Positions 19,016 to 29,719 of a stretch of 63,054 nucleotides of DNA are shown here, one piece after another. Position 1 is the stretch's first letter; every line of letters begins with the position of its first letter. The DNA lies in contig MGYU01000040.1 in assembly GCA_001801885.1 (NCBI GenBank), positions 1 to 63,054 of the forward strand, written 5' to 3'. A program made the position numbers and the translations under genes. This DNA comes from Gammaproteobacteria bacterium RIFCSPLOWO2_12_47_11. Lineage in GTDB: Bacteria; Pseudomonadota; Gammaproteobacteria; Eutrophobiales; Eutrophobiaceae. A model generated the notes under the pieces. It was not told the DNA's origin. It worked only from the letters and a program-made list of their open reading frames with translations, and did no database searches.

Positions 19016-21715
19016 ATGGACAAGAAATTACTGGTACTGGTAGACGGTTCTTATTATATCTTCAGGGCTTACCATGCTATCCGCAACCTGAAGACGTCCA
19101 AAGGTGAGCCGAGCGGGGCAATTTATGGCGTCATCAACAGTCTTAAAAAACTGTTAAACGATTTTAATCCGGATTATTTCGGTGTTGTTTTTGATGCCAA
19201 GGGCAAAAACTTCAGAAATGACCTTTACCCGGAATACAAGACCAATCGCCCACCCATGCCGGAAGATCTGGCCACCCAAATCAAACCTATTCATAACATC
19301 GTGCAATCTCTGGGTCTGCCGGTCCTGGTAATCGACGGGGTAGAGGCTGACGATGTGATCGGTACTTTGGCGAAACAGGCCGAAGCAAAACAAATTAATA
19401 CTGTCATTTCATCCGGTGACAAAGATCTGGCCCAGCTGGTTAATGATCATATACGCATGTATAACGCGATGAATAACGGCATCATCGACAGGGAAGGCGT
19501 CATCAACAAGTTTGGGGTCACGCCGGAACAGATCATTGATTACCTTACTCTGGTGGGCGACAGTGTTGATAATATTCCCGGCGTCCCCAAAGTAGGCCCG
19601 AAGACCGCTGTCAAATGGTTAAAAGAATACGGCTCACTGGATGAAATTATCAAACATGCCGGCGAGTTCAAGGGAAAGGTCGGTGAATATTTGCGCGAAA
19701 GCATTGAGAGGTTTCCGCTGACACGCGAACTGGTCACATTGAAATGTGATGTGGTTCTGGATGTTAAACCTGAGGACCTCGTTTACGGAGAGCCGGATGA
19801 TCAGGAACTGAAAAAACATTATTCGCGTTGGCAATTCAACTCTTTGCTGCGAGAAGTCAAAAGTGAAATTGAATCCGATGCAATAAAACAGAAACCTGAT
19901 AACAGGGAATGTGAATACCAGGCCATCCTGGACGAAAAAGAGCTTGAAAAATGGATTAAAAAGCTTGAGACAGCTGAATTATTTGCCTTTGATACAGAAA
20001 CGACCAGCCTGAATTACATTGAGGCGGAAATCGTCGGTATCTCATTTGCCATCAATACAGGACAAGCGGCATATGTTCCGCTTGCACACGACTATGAAGG
20101 CGCGCCGAAACAGCTCAATCGTGCCCAGGTACTGCAGCAATTCAAACCATTACTCGAAGACAATAACAAGCACAAGCTGGGACACAATCTTAAATATGAT
20201 ATGAATGTACTCGCCAATCATGGAATAGATTTACAGGGCTGCCAACATGACAGTATGCTGGAGTCTTATGTGCTGGACAGTACGGCTTCGCGCCACGATA
20301 TGGACTCACTCGCCTTGAAATATCTGAACAGGACCACCATCCACTACGAAGATGTGGCGGGCAAAGGTGCAAAACAAATCCCCTTTAACAAAGTGCCTGT
20401 CGATGCAGCCGCGTCTTATGCCGCGGAAGATGCAGAGGTGACGCTGAAATTGCATCAGCATTTATGGCCCAGGCTGCAGGAATCAAATCATCTGCAAAAA
20501 CTTTATGAAGAACTGGAAATGCCCCTGCTGCCCGTCCTGTCCAGAATGGAACGTAACGGGGTTATGATCGATGCTGATATGCTCACAGAACAAAGCCGGC
20601 AGATCACATTACAGATGGAAGAGATCGAAGAGTGTGTTTACCGGGAGGCGGGAGGATCCTTTAATATTGGATCACCCAAACAGATACAGCAAATCCTGTA
20701 TGAAAAGCTGGGTATGCCCATACTTGCCAAGACCCCTAAAGGGCAGCCGTCTACTTCAGAATCTGTACTGGAAGAACTCGCGCTGGATCATGCACTGCCA
20801 AGGCTCATACTCGAATACCGGGGACTGAGCAAACTGAAATCCACCTACACGGAGAAACTTCCTGAACAGATAATCAGTAAAACCGGGCGCGTACATACCT
20901 CTTATCATCAGGCCGTTGCAGCCACTGGCAGGCTCTCATCATCTGATCCTAACCTGCAGAATATTCCGGTGCGCACCGAAGAAGGGCGATGCATCCGCAA
21001 GGCATTTATCGCCCCACCGGGATGTAGCCTGCTGGCCGCTGATTATTCACAAATAGAACTGCGCATCATGGCACACCTGTCCGGCGACCGGGGACTGCTT
21101 GCTGCCTTTGCCAGGGGCGAAGACATCCATAAAATGACCGCCGTAGAGGTGTTTGGAGTGCGCGCGGAGGAGGTAACACCGGAACAACGGCGTGCAGCCA
21201 AAGCCATCAATTTCGGATTGATCTATGGCATGTCCGCTTTCGGCCTGGCCAAACAACTTGGTATAAATCGCAGCCAGGCCAAAGATTATGTTGATCGCTA
21301 CTTCGAACGTTATCCGGGTGTCAGGATATATATGGATCAGACCCGGGAAAAGGCCCGGGAACAGGGTTATGTCGAAACTATTTTCAACCGGCGCCTGTAC
21401 CTGCCGGAAATCAATTCACGTAATGCCGCTCTCAGGCAATATGCCGAGCGGACTGCGATAAACGCACCAATGCAGGGCTCTGCCGCTGATATCATTAAGC
21501 GGGCCATGATTTCTGTCGATGAATGGTTGCTAAAAAATAAAATTAGTGCCAAATTAATCATGCAGGTGCATGATGAACTGGTATTGGAAGTCAGCGAAAG
21601 TGCCGTTGCTGTAACGCGCAAAGAAATTCGCCGGCTGATGACTGATGCAGCACGACTGTTAGTACCGTTAGTAGTGGATATAGGCACAGGAAAAAACTGG
21701 GACGAGGCACATTAA
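19016..21715 (+). CDS. polA: DNA polymerase I
   Basis: 899 aa. 5' nuclease, 3'-5' exonuclease (FDTETTSL) and polymerase motifs A DYSQIELRIMAH, B RRAAKAINFGLIYG, C QVHDELV. Confidence 0.97.
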   Translation: MDKKLLVLVDGSYYIFRAYHAIRNLKTSKGEPSGAIYGVINSLKKLLNDFNPDYFGVVFDAKGKNFRNDLYPEYKTNRPPMPEDLATQIKPIHNIVQSLGLPVLVIDGVEADDVIGTLAKQAEAKQINTVISSGDKDLAQLVNDHIRMYNAMNNGIIDREGVINKFGVTPEQIIDYLTLVGDSVDNIPGVPKVGPKTAVKWLKEYGSLDEIIKHAGEFKGKVGEYLRESIERFPLTRELVTLKCDVVLDVKPEDLVYGEPDDQELKKHYSRWQFNSLLREVKSEIESDAIKQKPDNRECEYQAILDEKELEKWIKKLETAELFAFDTETTSLNYIEAEIVGISFAINTGQAAYVPLAHDYEGAPKQLNRAQVLQQFKPLLEDNNKHKLGHNLKYDMNVLANHGIDLQGCQHDSMLESYVLDSTASRHDMDSLALKYLNRTTIHYEDVAGKGAKQIPFNKVPVDAAASYAAEDAEVTLKLHQHLWPRLQESNHLQKLYEELEMPLLPVLSRMERNGVMIDADMLTEQSRQITLQMEEIEECVYREAGGSFNIGSPKQIQQILYEKLGMPILAKTPKGQPSTSESVLEELALDHALPRLILEYRGLSKLKSTYTEKLPEQIISKTGRVHTSYHQAVAATGRLSSSDPNLQNIPVRTEEGRCIRKAFIAPPGCSLLAADYSQIELRIMAHLSGDRGLLAAFARGEDIHKMTAVEVFGVRAEEVTPEQRRAAKAINFGLIYGMSAFGLAKQLGINRSQAKDYVDRYFERYPGVRIYMDQTREKAREQGYVETIFNRRLYLPEINSRNAALRQYAERTAINAPMQGSAADIIKRAMISVDEWLLKNKISAKLIMQVHDELVLEVSESAVAVTRKEIRRLMTDAARLLVPLVVDIGTGKNWDEAH

Positions 21716-21869
21716 TATTGCCAAAATGAAGATAAATTCTGTATCTTTCAATATTATGACTGACCTGTGCTAGAATTTTATATAACTTATTCGTTGCCGG
21801 GATAATTAACCGTACAAACTCTTCCGCTATATCCAATTTGTATTGCACACTATTTTTCCAGGAATCCCC

Positions 21870-22622
21870 ATGCTTTTAATTCCCGCGATTGATATTAAAG
21901 GTGGCCGGTGTGTACGTTTGCGCCAGGGACAAATGGATCAGGAAACTGTTTATGGTGAAAATCCTCTCAATATGGCCGAACGCTGGATAGGAGCCGGCGC
22001 CAGAAGACTGCATATTGTTGATCTGGATGGCGCAATTGCAGGCAAACCCGAAAATGCAGATGTCATTCATGAAATTGCGGCGGCCTGGCCCGAGATACCG
22101 ATACAGGTGGGCGGCGGAATACGTGATGAAGACACCATACAAACCTACCTGGACGTCGGTGTGAGTTATGTTATTGTCGGCACCAAGGCAGTAACCACAC
22201 CGCATTTTGTTTCTGATATCTGTCTCGAATTTCCCGGGCATATCATCGTCGGACTGGACGCAAAAAACGGCAGGCTGGCAACCAATGGCTGGTCAAAATT
22301 ATCACACCATGGTGTGATCGATATGGCCAAACGCTTTGAAGATGACGGTGTCGCCGCTATCATCTTTACTGATATCGGACGCGACGGCATGATGAATAGC
22401 GTTAATGTTGATGCGACTGTTGAACTGTGCAAAGAAGTGACCGTGCCAATCATTGCTTCAGGAGGAATTACGAATATGGATGATATTCGCGCGCTGTGCA
22501 AGGCTGCCGCAGAAGGTATTGCCGGCGCAATCACCGGACGCGCTATCTATGAGGGGACTCTGGATTTTGCAGCTGCGCAAAAACTTGCAGATGAACTCTG
22601 CACTTACACACCCAAGCCATAG
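21870..22622 (+). CDS. hisA: ProFAR isomerase HisA
   Basis: [18 protein letters not shown]-terminus. I moved the start from the track's 21843 to the first ATG. Confidence 0.93.
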   Translation: MLLIPAIDIKGGRCVRLRQGQMDQETVYGENPLNMAERWIGAGARRLHIVDLDGAIAGKPENADVIHEIAAAWPEIPIQVGGGIRDEDTIQTYLDVGVSYVIVGTKAVTTPHFVSDICLEFPGHIIVGLDAKNGRLATNGWSKLSHHGVIDMAKRFEDDGVAAIIFTDIGRDGMMNSVNVDATVELCKEVTVPIIASGGITNMDDIRALCKAAAEGIAGAITGRAIYEGTLDFAAAQKLADELCTYTPKP

Positions 22623-22634
22623 ATTCACAAATCC

Positions 22635-23402
22635 ATGAGCCTTGCCAAACGTATCATCCCCTGTCTGGATGTAGATGGCGGACGGGTGGTCAAGGGGGTA
22701 TGTTTCGTTAATATACAGGATGCCGGCGACCCGGTTGAGATCGCGCGCCGTTATGATGAACAAGGCGCTGATGAGATTACCTTTCTTGATATCACAGCCA
22801 GCAGTGATGAACGCAATACCATGATCGATGTCGTTGAAGCCGTGGCCAGCCAGGTCTTTATCCCCCTCACCGTCGGCGGCGGGATCAGAAACCTGGATGA
22901 TATCCGCGCCATGTTGAATGCCGGCGCTGACAAGATCAGCATCAATACCGCTGCTGTGAAAAATCCTGACTTTATTGATGCTGCGTCTGCAAAATTCGGC
23001 TCCCAATGTATCGTGGTTGCGATTGATGCCAAGCAGAGTCACAACACTGCTTCAGGCTGGGAGGTATTCACACATGGCGGACGCAACCCCACCGGCATAG
23101 ATGCAATTGAATGGGCCAGGCAAATGGCTGATCGTGGTGCTGGCGAGATCCTTCTGACCAGTATGGATAGGGACGGGACGCGCAAGGGATTTGATCTCGA
23201 GCTCACCCGTGCTGTTAGTGAAGCGGTCAATATTCCGGTGATCGCTTCCGGTGGTGTTGGAACACTTGAACATCTCGCAGATGGCATACTCAAAGGCAAG
23301 GCCGATGCCGTCCTGGCCGCCAGCATCTTCCATTTTGGTGAACATACTGTGCAAGAGGCCAAAACCTTGATGAAGCGGTTTAACATTGAAGTTAGACTGT
23401 GA
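22635..23402 (+). CDS. hisF: Imidazole glycerol phosphate synthase cyclase subunit HisF
   Basis: 255 aa. [15 protein letters not shown] and ASGGVG motifs. Confidence 0.95.
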   Translation: MSLAKRIIPCLDVDGGRVVKGVCFVNIQDAGDPVEIARRYDEQGADEITFLDITASSDERNTMIDVVEAVASQVFIPLTVGGGIRNLDDIRAMLNAGADKISINTAAVKNPDFIDAASAKFGSQCIVVAIDAKQSHNTASGWEVFTHGGRNPTGIDAIEWARQMADRGAGEILLTSMDRDGTRKGFDLELTRAVSEAVNIPVIASGGVGTLEHLADGILKGKADAVLAASIFHFGEHTVQEAKTLMKRFNIEVRL

Positions 23403-23404
23403 AC

Positions 23405-23806
23405 ATGTCTGAGCAAGAAAACAATGCCTGGCTGGACGAGATCAAATGGAATACCGATGGTCTGATACCTGCTGTAGCCCAGGATTATCAAAGCGGCAAA
23501 ATATTAACCCTGGCGTGGCTGAACCGCGAGGCACTCTTGCAAACCATAAAATTACGCCGCGCTGTTTACTGGTCCCGCTCAAAACAGCGGCTCTGGCAAA
23601 AGGGCGAAATATCAGGCCACACACAGGAGATACAGGACATCTACCTCGACTGTGACAAGGACGCCATCGTTCTGGCAGTGATGCAGACCGGCGATATCGC
23701 CTGTCATACCGGCAGGCAAAGCTGCTTTTTCCATCGTTATAAGAACGGCCGCTGGATCATCTCCAGTCCGGTGCTTAAAGACCCGAAAGAAATATATAAA
23801 AAATGA
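23405..23806 (+). CDS. hisI: Phosphoribosyl-AMP cyclohydrolase
   Basis: [10 protein letters not shown] and [14 protein letters not shown] motifs. The start is either the GTG at 23399 or the ATG at 23405. Confidence 0.9.
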   Translation: MSEQENNAWLDEIKWNTDGLIPAVAQDYQSGKILTLAWLNREALLQTIKLRRAVYWSRSKQRLWQKGEISGHTQEIQDIYLDCDKDAIVLAVMQTGDIACHTGRQSCFFHRYKNGRWIISSPVLKDPKEIYKK

Positions 23807-23854
23807 TTGGGTTTTCATGCCAGAATTTATTGAACAAAAACAGGATAGACTGTC

Positions 23855-24181
23855 ATGACTGATGATGTTTTACGCCGTCTGGCGGAGACCCTTGAGCAAC
23901 GCAAACGGGCTGATCCGGACAAATCATATACCGCCAGCCTCTACGCAAAAGGGATCAACGCAACCCTGAAGAAAATAGGTGAAGAAGCAACGGAAGTCAT
24001 TATTGCTGCAAATTCCGGCGAGAAAACCGCTATAATTCATGAAACAGCCGACCTGTGGTTTCATACCCTGATCATGCTGGCCCAGCTTGGTCTCGGCCCG
24101 GAAGACATCCTGGCTGAACTCGAACGTCGTTTTGAAGCGTCCGGTCTCGAAGAAAAAGCGGGGCGTGACGAACCGGAATAA
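23855..24181 (+). CDS. hisE: Phosphoribosyl-ATP pyrophosphatase
   Basis: 108 aa. [28 protein letters not shown] is typical of HisE. Confidence 0.9.
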   Translation: MTDDVLRRLAETLEQRKRADPDKSYTASLYAKGINATLKKIGEEATEVIIAANSGEKTAIIHETADLWFHTLIMLAQLGLGPEDILAELERRFEASGLEEKAGRDEPE

Positions 24182-24228
24182 TCCTGGCGGGCGGATTGAT
24201 GTATAACGAACATGCGGAGAAATAGCTC

Positions 24229-24462
24229 ATGGGAATAAGTATCTGGCAATTATTAATTATCCTGATTATTGTTGCCCTGCTTTTCGGGACCAAAAAACTG
24301 CGCAATATCGGCGGTGATCTTGGCAGTGCCATAAAAAGTTTTCGCAAGGCGGCCAGTGAGGCCGAAGATGACACAACTGCAAAAGATAGCACCCCTAAAC
24401 ACGGCAATGTCATAGAAGGTGAGACCAAGTCCGTATCTGAATCTGATAACAAACCTTCCTGA
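24229..24462 (+). CDS. tatA: Twin-arginine translocase subunit TatA
   Basis: 77 aa. [26 protein letters not shown] plus hinge. Confidence 0.92.
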   Translation: MGISIWQLLIILIIVALLFGTKKLRNIGGDLGSAIKSFRKAASEAEDDTTAKDSTPKHGNVIEGETKSVSESDNKPS

Positions 24463-24514
24463 ATCCTGTTGATCAATACGGGATATCTTTCATATATAAA
24501 ATCACGTTTTATTC

Positions 24515-24823
24515 ATGTTCGATATCAGCTTCTGGGAATTGGTGGTTGTCGCCATCGTTGCATTGCTGGTTGTGGGTCCTGAACGTCTGCCCGGTCTGGC
24601 CCGTGTTGCGGGAAAATGGATAGGCAGGGCGAGAAGATTTATCAATAACACCAGGCGTGAAATCGAAACCGAACTACGTATCACGGAAAGCAAGGAGTTC
24701 AGACAACAACTCTCTGATCTTGATGGCCTGATGCACAATGCCCCCGACCAGGATCCGAAATTCACAGAAAAACAGAAAAAACCACCTGACAAGGAAAAAC
24801 CTGGTCAGCCCGACCAGAAATAA
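24515..24823 (+). CDS. tatB: Twin-arginine translocase subunit TatB
   Basis: 102 aa. MFDISFWELVVVAIVALLVVGPERLP. Confidence 0.9.
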   Translation: MFDISFWELVVVAIVALLVVGPERLPGLARVAGKWIGRARRFINNTRREIETELRITESKEFRQQLSDLDGLMHNAPDQDPKFTEKQKKPPDKEKPGQPDQK

Positions 24824-24828
24824 AAACC

Positions 24829-25605
24829 ATGTCCGGCGAAAAAACAAACGACAACCCCAGCGCTGGTGAACAAACTCTTGTTTCACATCTGATTGAATTA
24901 CGGGCACGCATGCTAAAAGCACTGGCCTGCGTGTTGTCGATCTTTATTGCCCTGAGTTTCTTCGCCGGCGACATCTACAGTCTGGTTGCAAAACCATTGC
25001 TTGAACATCTGGCGCCGGGAACAGGCATGATAGCAACCGAGGTGGCGTCTACATTCATCGCACCCATCAAGCTTACTTTCTTCTTGTCATTTTTTATTTC
25101 CATGCCCTACATTCTGTATCAGGTATGGTCTTTCGTTGCGCCCGGCCTCTATCAAAGCGAGCGGCGTTTCGCTTTGCCGTTACTGATCAGCAGCATATTC
25201 CTGTTCTATGCGGGGGTCGTCTTCGCCTTTTACGTAATCTTTCCGCTTATCTTCGGGTTCTTCACCGCCATAGCGCCCGATGGGGTATCAGTGATGACGG
25301 ACATCAGCCGTTATCTGGATTTTATCATGATGATCTTTTTTGCATTTGGTCTTGCCTTTGAGGTGCCGATCGTCACTGTGCTGCTGACCTGGTCCGGTAT
25401 CACGACTGTGGAATCCCTGAAACAAAATCGTCCTTATATTATAGTGGGAGCATTTGTTATCGGCATGTTGCTCACGCCGCCAGATGTGCTATCGCAGATA
25501 TTGCTGGCCCTGCCGATTTGGCTGTTATTCGAGCTCGGCCTGATTATTAGTGGCAGGTATACGCGGCCGGCCAACAAGGATAATGAAAATAACGTGAATA
25601 ATTAG
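24829..25605 (+). CDS. tatC: Twin-arginine translocase subunit TatC
   Basis: 258 aa, six predicted TM segments. HLIELRARMLK N-terminus. Follows tatAB. Confidence 0.93.
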   Translation: MSGEKTNDNPSAGEQTLVSHLIELRARMLKALACVLSIFIALSFFAGDIYSLVAKPLLEHLAPGTGMIATEVASTFIAPIKLTFFLSFFISMPYILYQVWSFVAPGLYQSERRFALPLLISSIFLFYAGVVFAFYVIFPLIFGFFTAIAPDGVSVMTDISRYLDFIMMIFFAFGLAFEVPIVTVLLTWSGITTVESLKQNRPYIIVGAFVIGMLLTPPDVLSQILLALPIWLLFELGLIISGRYTRPANKDNENNVNN

Positions 25606-25636
25606 CCGGCGGCAGCGAGCTATTGGTGGAGTGTGC

Positions 25637-26065
25637 TCAGGACTGTTCCCAGGGCAAATTCTGATACCGCCACCCGTTTATCGTACTGCGATGTTCCGCG
25701 CCATCACGGTCGCCCTCAAAGCCCTGTTCAATGTTATACACCTTTCTGAATCCGCTCTTTAACAATGCCTCTGCTGCTACAAGCGATCGTTTGCCACTGC
25801 GGCAAATAATCAATACCGGCAGCGCTTCGATATCTGCCTCAGACCCCATCCTGGCAGCGAGCATTTGACGCACCTTGTCCACAAAATCCTGGTTGACTGA
25901 CCAGTCCGGCGCCTCTTGCCAGGGGATGTTGACGGCATTCATCGGGTGCCCCACATATTCAAATTCAATGCTGGTCCTGACATCCAGCAATGCTGCATCC
26001 GGGCTGGTTTGCAGGATCTCCCAGGCCTCAGGCGGGGTAACATGGTTGATGGCGCAATCCGTCAT
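25637..26065 (-). CDS. Single-domain rhodanese (sulfurtransferase)
   Basis: 142 aa. Active-site loop ICRSGKRS (CRxGxR[ST]). Confidence 0.8.
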   Translation of the reverse strand: MTDCAINHVTPPEAWEILQTSPDAALLDVRTSIEFEYVGHPMNAVNIPWQEAPDWSVNQDFVDKVRQMLAARMGSEADIEALPVLIICRSGKRSLVAAEALLKSGFRKVYNIEQGFEGDRDGAEHRSTINGWRYQNLPWEQS

Positions 26066-26185
26066 AAGACTCTCAATATCAGTTTTACGATTTATCTAAA
26101 GCACAGACAATCTAATCTAGCATAATTTGTCATGCTTTTTTACCCGGTTGTCATCACTGAAAAAATTTGTAACAGCTGTTTCTGT

Positions 26186-26221
26186 ATATCATTGAATTGA
26201 TATATCACTATTTATTGATAT
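26186..26221. promoter_or_regulatory. Two overlapping inverted repeats (ATATCA-N6-TGATAT and ATATCA-N8-TGATAT); candidate ArsR-family operator
   Basis: Read directly as tatatcattgaattgatatatcactatttattgatatatt, about 35-70 nt upstream of the ArsR start and inside the divergent rhodanese/ArsR spacer. Confidence 0.4.
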
Positions 26222-26254
26222 ATTATATCCAGTTCCTTAAACCAGGGGATTTTA

Positions 26255-26584
26255 ATGAAAGCTGCTGCAAGGAAAATTGGGTCTGTTGCAGGGGATCTTA
26301 TGCCGCTCGATCAGCTCAGGGAGGCGGCTGAACGCCTTAAATGTACTGCACACCCACATCGACTGAGGATCATTGAAATCCTTTTCCAGGGTAATTTCAG
26401 CGTTGATGAGATCGCCAGTCTGTGTGGACTGTCACAGCCTGCCACCAGTGGCCACCTGCGCCTGATGGAGGCAAAGGGACTGTTGAAAAGCCAGCGTGCG
26501 GGGCGTGCCGTTTATTATTCCGTGGCAGCACCACAGCTCAAAGGGATTATTGATTGTGTTCACGCGCTGGTCAGCGAAATATAA
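26255..26584 (+). CDS. ArsR/SmtB family transcriptional regulator
   Basis: 109 aa. Winged HTH LCGLSQPATSGHLRLMEAKGLL. Cys residues at about positions 30, 57 and 101. Confidence 0.85.
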   Translation: MKAAARKIGSVAGDLMPLDQLREAAERLKCTAHPHRLRIIEILFQGNFSVDEIASLCGLSQPATSGHLRLMEAKGLLKSQRAGRAVYYSVAAPQLKGIIDCVHALVSEI

Positions 26585-26730
26585 AATCGCGGGAATATAT
26601 AATTTCCATATCCATCAAGAATCCGCCTACAAGTCCGGAATTGTCACAGGACGGTAATTTATGATGGAATACCGGACTTAATCGTCATTCAACCACTTAA
26701 TGAATAATTTACTTCCGGGAGACAATAAAG

Positions 26731-27654
26731 ATGCCGATGTATGATCGTGATGGCATCATCTGGCTAGATGGCCAACAGGTTCCCTGGCGTGATGCCAAAA
26801 CCCATGTGTTGACCCATACCCTGCATTATGGCATGGGCGTGTTTGAGGGGATCCGTGCCTATCATGCCACGCAGGGTACGGTGATATTCCGCTTGCAGGA
26901 TCACACTGACCGGTTATTCCGTTCAGCCCATATCCTGCGGATGGCCATGCCGTATGATAAAGACACTATTAACCAGGCCTGTATTGATATGGTCAGGGAT
27001 AACAAGCTGGATACTGCCTATATCCGGCCCATGTGTTTTTATGGTGCCGAAGGCATGGGCCTGCGCGCAGACAATCTCGAAGTCCATGTCATGATTGCAG
27101 CCTGGCCGTGGGGCTCTTATCTGGGCAATGAGGCACTGGAAAAAGGCATCCGGATCAAGACTTCTTCCTATACCCGGCACCATGTAAACAGCGCCATGTG
27201 CAAGGCCAAGGCCAATGGCAATTACATGAACTCTATGCTGGCATTGCAGGAAGCGCTGGATTGCGGCTATGATGAGGCGCTGTTACTCGATAATGAAGGT
27301 TTTGTGACTGAAGGCAGCGGTGAAAATATTTTCCTCGTACGCAATAGCGTATTATTGACACCTGACCTGACTTCGGCGCTGGAAGGGGTCACGCGTGACA
27401 CCATCATCACGCTGGCACAGGATCTTGGATTAAAGGTGACAGAAAAGCGTATAACCCGCGACGAAGTCTATATTGCTGATGAGGCATTTTTTACCGGGAC
27501 TGCGGCAGAGGTTACCCCCATCCGCGAGATGGACGGCAGGATGATTGGCAACGGCAAACGCGGGCCGGTGACGGAAAAACTCCAGTCACTCTATTTCGAT
27601 CAGGTACATGGCCGCAGCAAACAATACACCCACTGGTTAAGCTATATAAAATAA
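26731..27654 (+). CDS. ilvE: Branched-chain amino acid aminotransferase (fold type IV)
   Basis: 307 aa. Class IV aminotransferase pattern (GVFEGIRAY, GNYMNSMLA, EGSGENIF). Confidence 0.9.
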   Translation: MPMYDRDGIIWLDGQQVPWRDAKTHVLTHTLHYGMGVFEGIRAYHATQGTVIFRLQDHTDRLFRSAHILRMAMPYDKDTINQACIDMVRDNKLDTAYIRPMCFYGAEGMGLRADNLEVHVMIAAWPWGSYLGNEALEKGIRIKTSSYTRHHVNSAMCKAKANGNYMNSMLALQEALDCGYDEALLLDNEGFVTEGSGENIFLVRNSVLLTPDLTSALEGVTRDTIITLAQDLGLKVTEKRITRDEVYIADEAFFTGTAAEVTPIREMDGRMIGNGKRGPVTEKLQSLYFDQVHGRSKQYTHWLSYIK

Positions 27655-27661
27655 AAGCGGT

Positions 27662-27874
27662 ATGGACAGATCTACAGACAATCCCGGCGCAGGCAACAAA
27701 ACACCCAATGATCAACGTCATTACCGGGTAAACCGCAGCGATTTACCTTTACATTGCCCGCTGCCGGAAATGAGTCTGTGGAACTCCCATCCGCGCGTTT
27801 ATCTGCCGATAGAAAAAACCGGCACGGCCAAGTGTCCTTATTGCGGCACTGATTTTACTCTGGAAGATCTGTAA
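27662..27874 (+). CDS. Small zinc-finger (zf-CHCC-like) protein
   Basis: 70 aa. HCP...CPYCG Cys/His cluster, with C-terminal KCPYCGTDFTL. Confidence 0.5.
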   Translation: MDRSTDNPGAGNKTPNDQRHYRVNRSDLPLHCPLPEMSLWNSHPRVYLPIEKTGTAKCPYCGTDFTLEDL

Positions 27875-27911
27875 TATTCTCTTATTCAAAAATTCAACAT
27901 AAACCAAAGCG

Positions 27912-28826
27912 ATGATCATCTGGCGCATAGTGGACGGCAGGCGCGGTCACGATAACCAGAGCCATGGCCTGATCAACGCATTGTCCCGTCATGTTTCCTG
28001 TGTCCATCATGATATTCCAGCGTCAGCCCTGAATTTCTGGTTCTGGCAATTTCTTCAGAAAAAATACCCGCCCGGGAACGGGCTCCCAAGACCACATTTA
28101 ATCATAGGTGCGGGACACCACACGCATCTATCCATGCTTTGTGCCAGGCATGTCTATGGCGGCCGTATTGTGGTAATCATGAACCCCAGTCTGCCGGTAC
28201 ATTGTTTTGATTTTTGTCTGATCCCTGACCACGACAACCCCAGGATTACAGACCGGGTTATCGTTACCCGTGGTGTGATCAATGCAATAGTGCCGACAGT
28301 AAACCATGATCAAAGCCGAGGATTGATCATGGTCGGGGGACCGTCAAGACATTACGCCTGGGACGATGCGTCATTACTCGAACAAATTGATCTCATACTG
28401 AAAAAATCAGAGGGCATCATCTGGCACATTACCGACTCACCCCGCACGCCCGTTTCTACCAGTGATGCACTGGGCAACCTGAAATTACCTGGTGTAACGT
28501 TCCATTCATACAAGGATACCGGCCCGTACTGGGTCACAAACCAGTTGCTTGATTCCGGCTATGTATGGGTGAGCGAAGACAGTATGTCCATGATCTATGA
28601 ATCTATGACAGCAGGTGCAGCAATAGGCATTTTGTCCGTCCCCGCGATAAAACAAAACAAAATTTCCCTCAGCATTAACCGGCTGGCTGATAATGAAATG
28701 ATAACCCGCTTTGACGACTGGCGTAACGGCAAACAATTATCACCGTGCCCGGAAATTTTCGATGAAGCAGATCGTTGCGCAAGGGAATTACTGGATAAGA
28801 TTACCCAGCACTATCATGTCCATTAG
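27912..28826 (+). CDS. ELM1/DUF1022-like protein (predicted nucleotide-sugar-dependent transferase)
   Basis: 304 aa. N-terminal DGRRGHDNQSHGL resembles the ELM1-family motif I recall. Context is LPS glycosyltransferases. Confidence 0.55.
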   Translation: MIIWRIVDGRRGHDNQSHGLINALSRHVSCVHHDIPASALNFWFWQFLQKKYPPGNGLPRPHLIIGAGHHTHLSMLCARHVYGGRIVVIMNPSLPVHCFDFCLIPDHDNPRITDRVIVTRGVINAIVPTVNHDQSRGLIMVGGPSRHYAWDDASLLEQIDLILKKSEGIIWHITDSPRTPVSTSDALGNLKLPGVTFHSYKDTGPYWVTNQLLDSGYVWVSEDSMSMIYESMTAGAAIGILSVPAIKQNKISLSINRLADNEMITRFDDWRNGKQLSPCPEIFDEADRCARELLDKITQHYHVH

Positions 28827-29583
28827 TAATCATTTAATAAATGAAGCTAGCGCTGATGGCGAGGGAAAAATAGCCTGCCCGGTCTGTGGAGCTAATTCAT
28901 TCACATTTTTGTTTAAAAAACAGAACGAGACTTTCGTAAGGTGTGAGTCATGTACTTTGGTAATGATTAACCCAAGACCAATATTTAAAGATGTGCTTAA
29001 TACCTACAACCATCAGTACAGCGGCAGCTATGCAATAAAGGGCGAAAAAAAACTGCGCAGATGCAGGCGCTGGGTAAACCGGGTAAAAAACAGATATATC
29101 GATCATGGCCGATGGCTGGATGTTGGATGCTCGGTCGGGTTCGTGGTCAAGGCAGCAATCGAGGCGGGCTATGAGGGTTATGGAACCGATGTTGAGGATT
29201 GGGGAATAAAATATGGCCGTGATACATTGCAATTACCAAACCTCCGGCAGGGCATACTTGAGGAACAGAAATTTCCCGACCATTTTTTTCAGATCATATC
29301 CTTATATGATGTGATTGAACATGTGCCTGATATAAACAGTTTGGTAAAAGAGCTCAAACGAATACTCGCAGTAAATGGTGTGATCGATATTATTACACCG
29401 GACATCGGCCATTGGCGCACCCCACGGGATCTGTCCTCATGGAATGAAATCAAGCCTTCTGAACATCTATATTATTTTGACAAAAATACATTATCTCTGT
29501 TACTTGAAAAACACGGTTTGAAAATAGTAAGCCGGCGATTTCATACCAAGCCATCACTACGTGTATATGTTAAACATGCATGA
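28816..29583 (+). CDS. Class I SAM-dependent methyltransferase with an N-terminal Cys4 zinc ribbon
   Basis: CPVC..15 aa..CESC ribbon, LDVGCSVG SAM motif, DVIEH. I moved the start to the ATG that overlaps the ELM1-like stop; the track ORF starts at 28711. Confidence 0.7.
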   Translation: MSISNHLINEASADGEGKIACPVCGANSFTFLFKKQNETFVRCESCTLVMINPRPIFKDVLNTYNHQYSGSYAIKGEKKLRRCRRWVNRVKNRYIDHGRWLDVGCSVGFVVKAAIEAGYEGYGTDVEDWGIKYGRDTLQLPNLRQGILEEQKFPDHFFQIISLYDVIEHVPDINSLVKELKRILAVNGVIDIITPDIGHWRTPRDLSSWNEIKPSEHLYYFDKNTLSLLLEKHGLKIVSRRFHTKPSLRVYVKHA

Positions 29584-29719
29584 TAAAAACCGCTTCCCTG
29601 TGATGATTCTCAGTGATATTAATATCCGGCATGGTTTAGCCATGTCTATTCATTCCCCGAATAATTATGTTCACAGTCTGCCTGATAATCGCGGCAGTAT
29701 ATTTTAAAGCGTCGATAAA

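Noticed and set aside
29578-29709. A 43-codon ORF (MHDKNRFPVMILSDINIRHG...) in the spacer between the methyltransferase and the GT4, considered as a possible gene remnant.
   Set aside because: It is too short and has no recognisable similarity. It could equally be a chance ORF in a promoter region.
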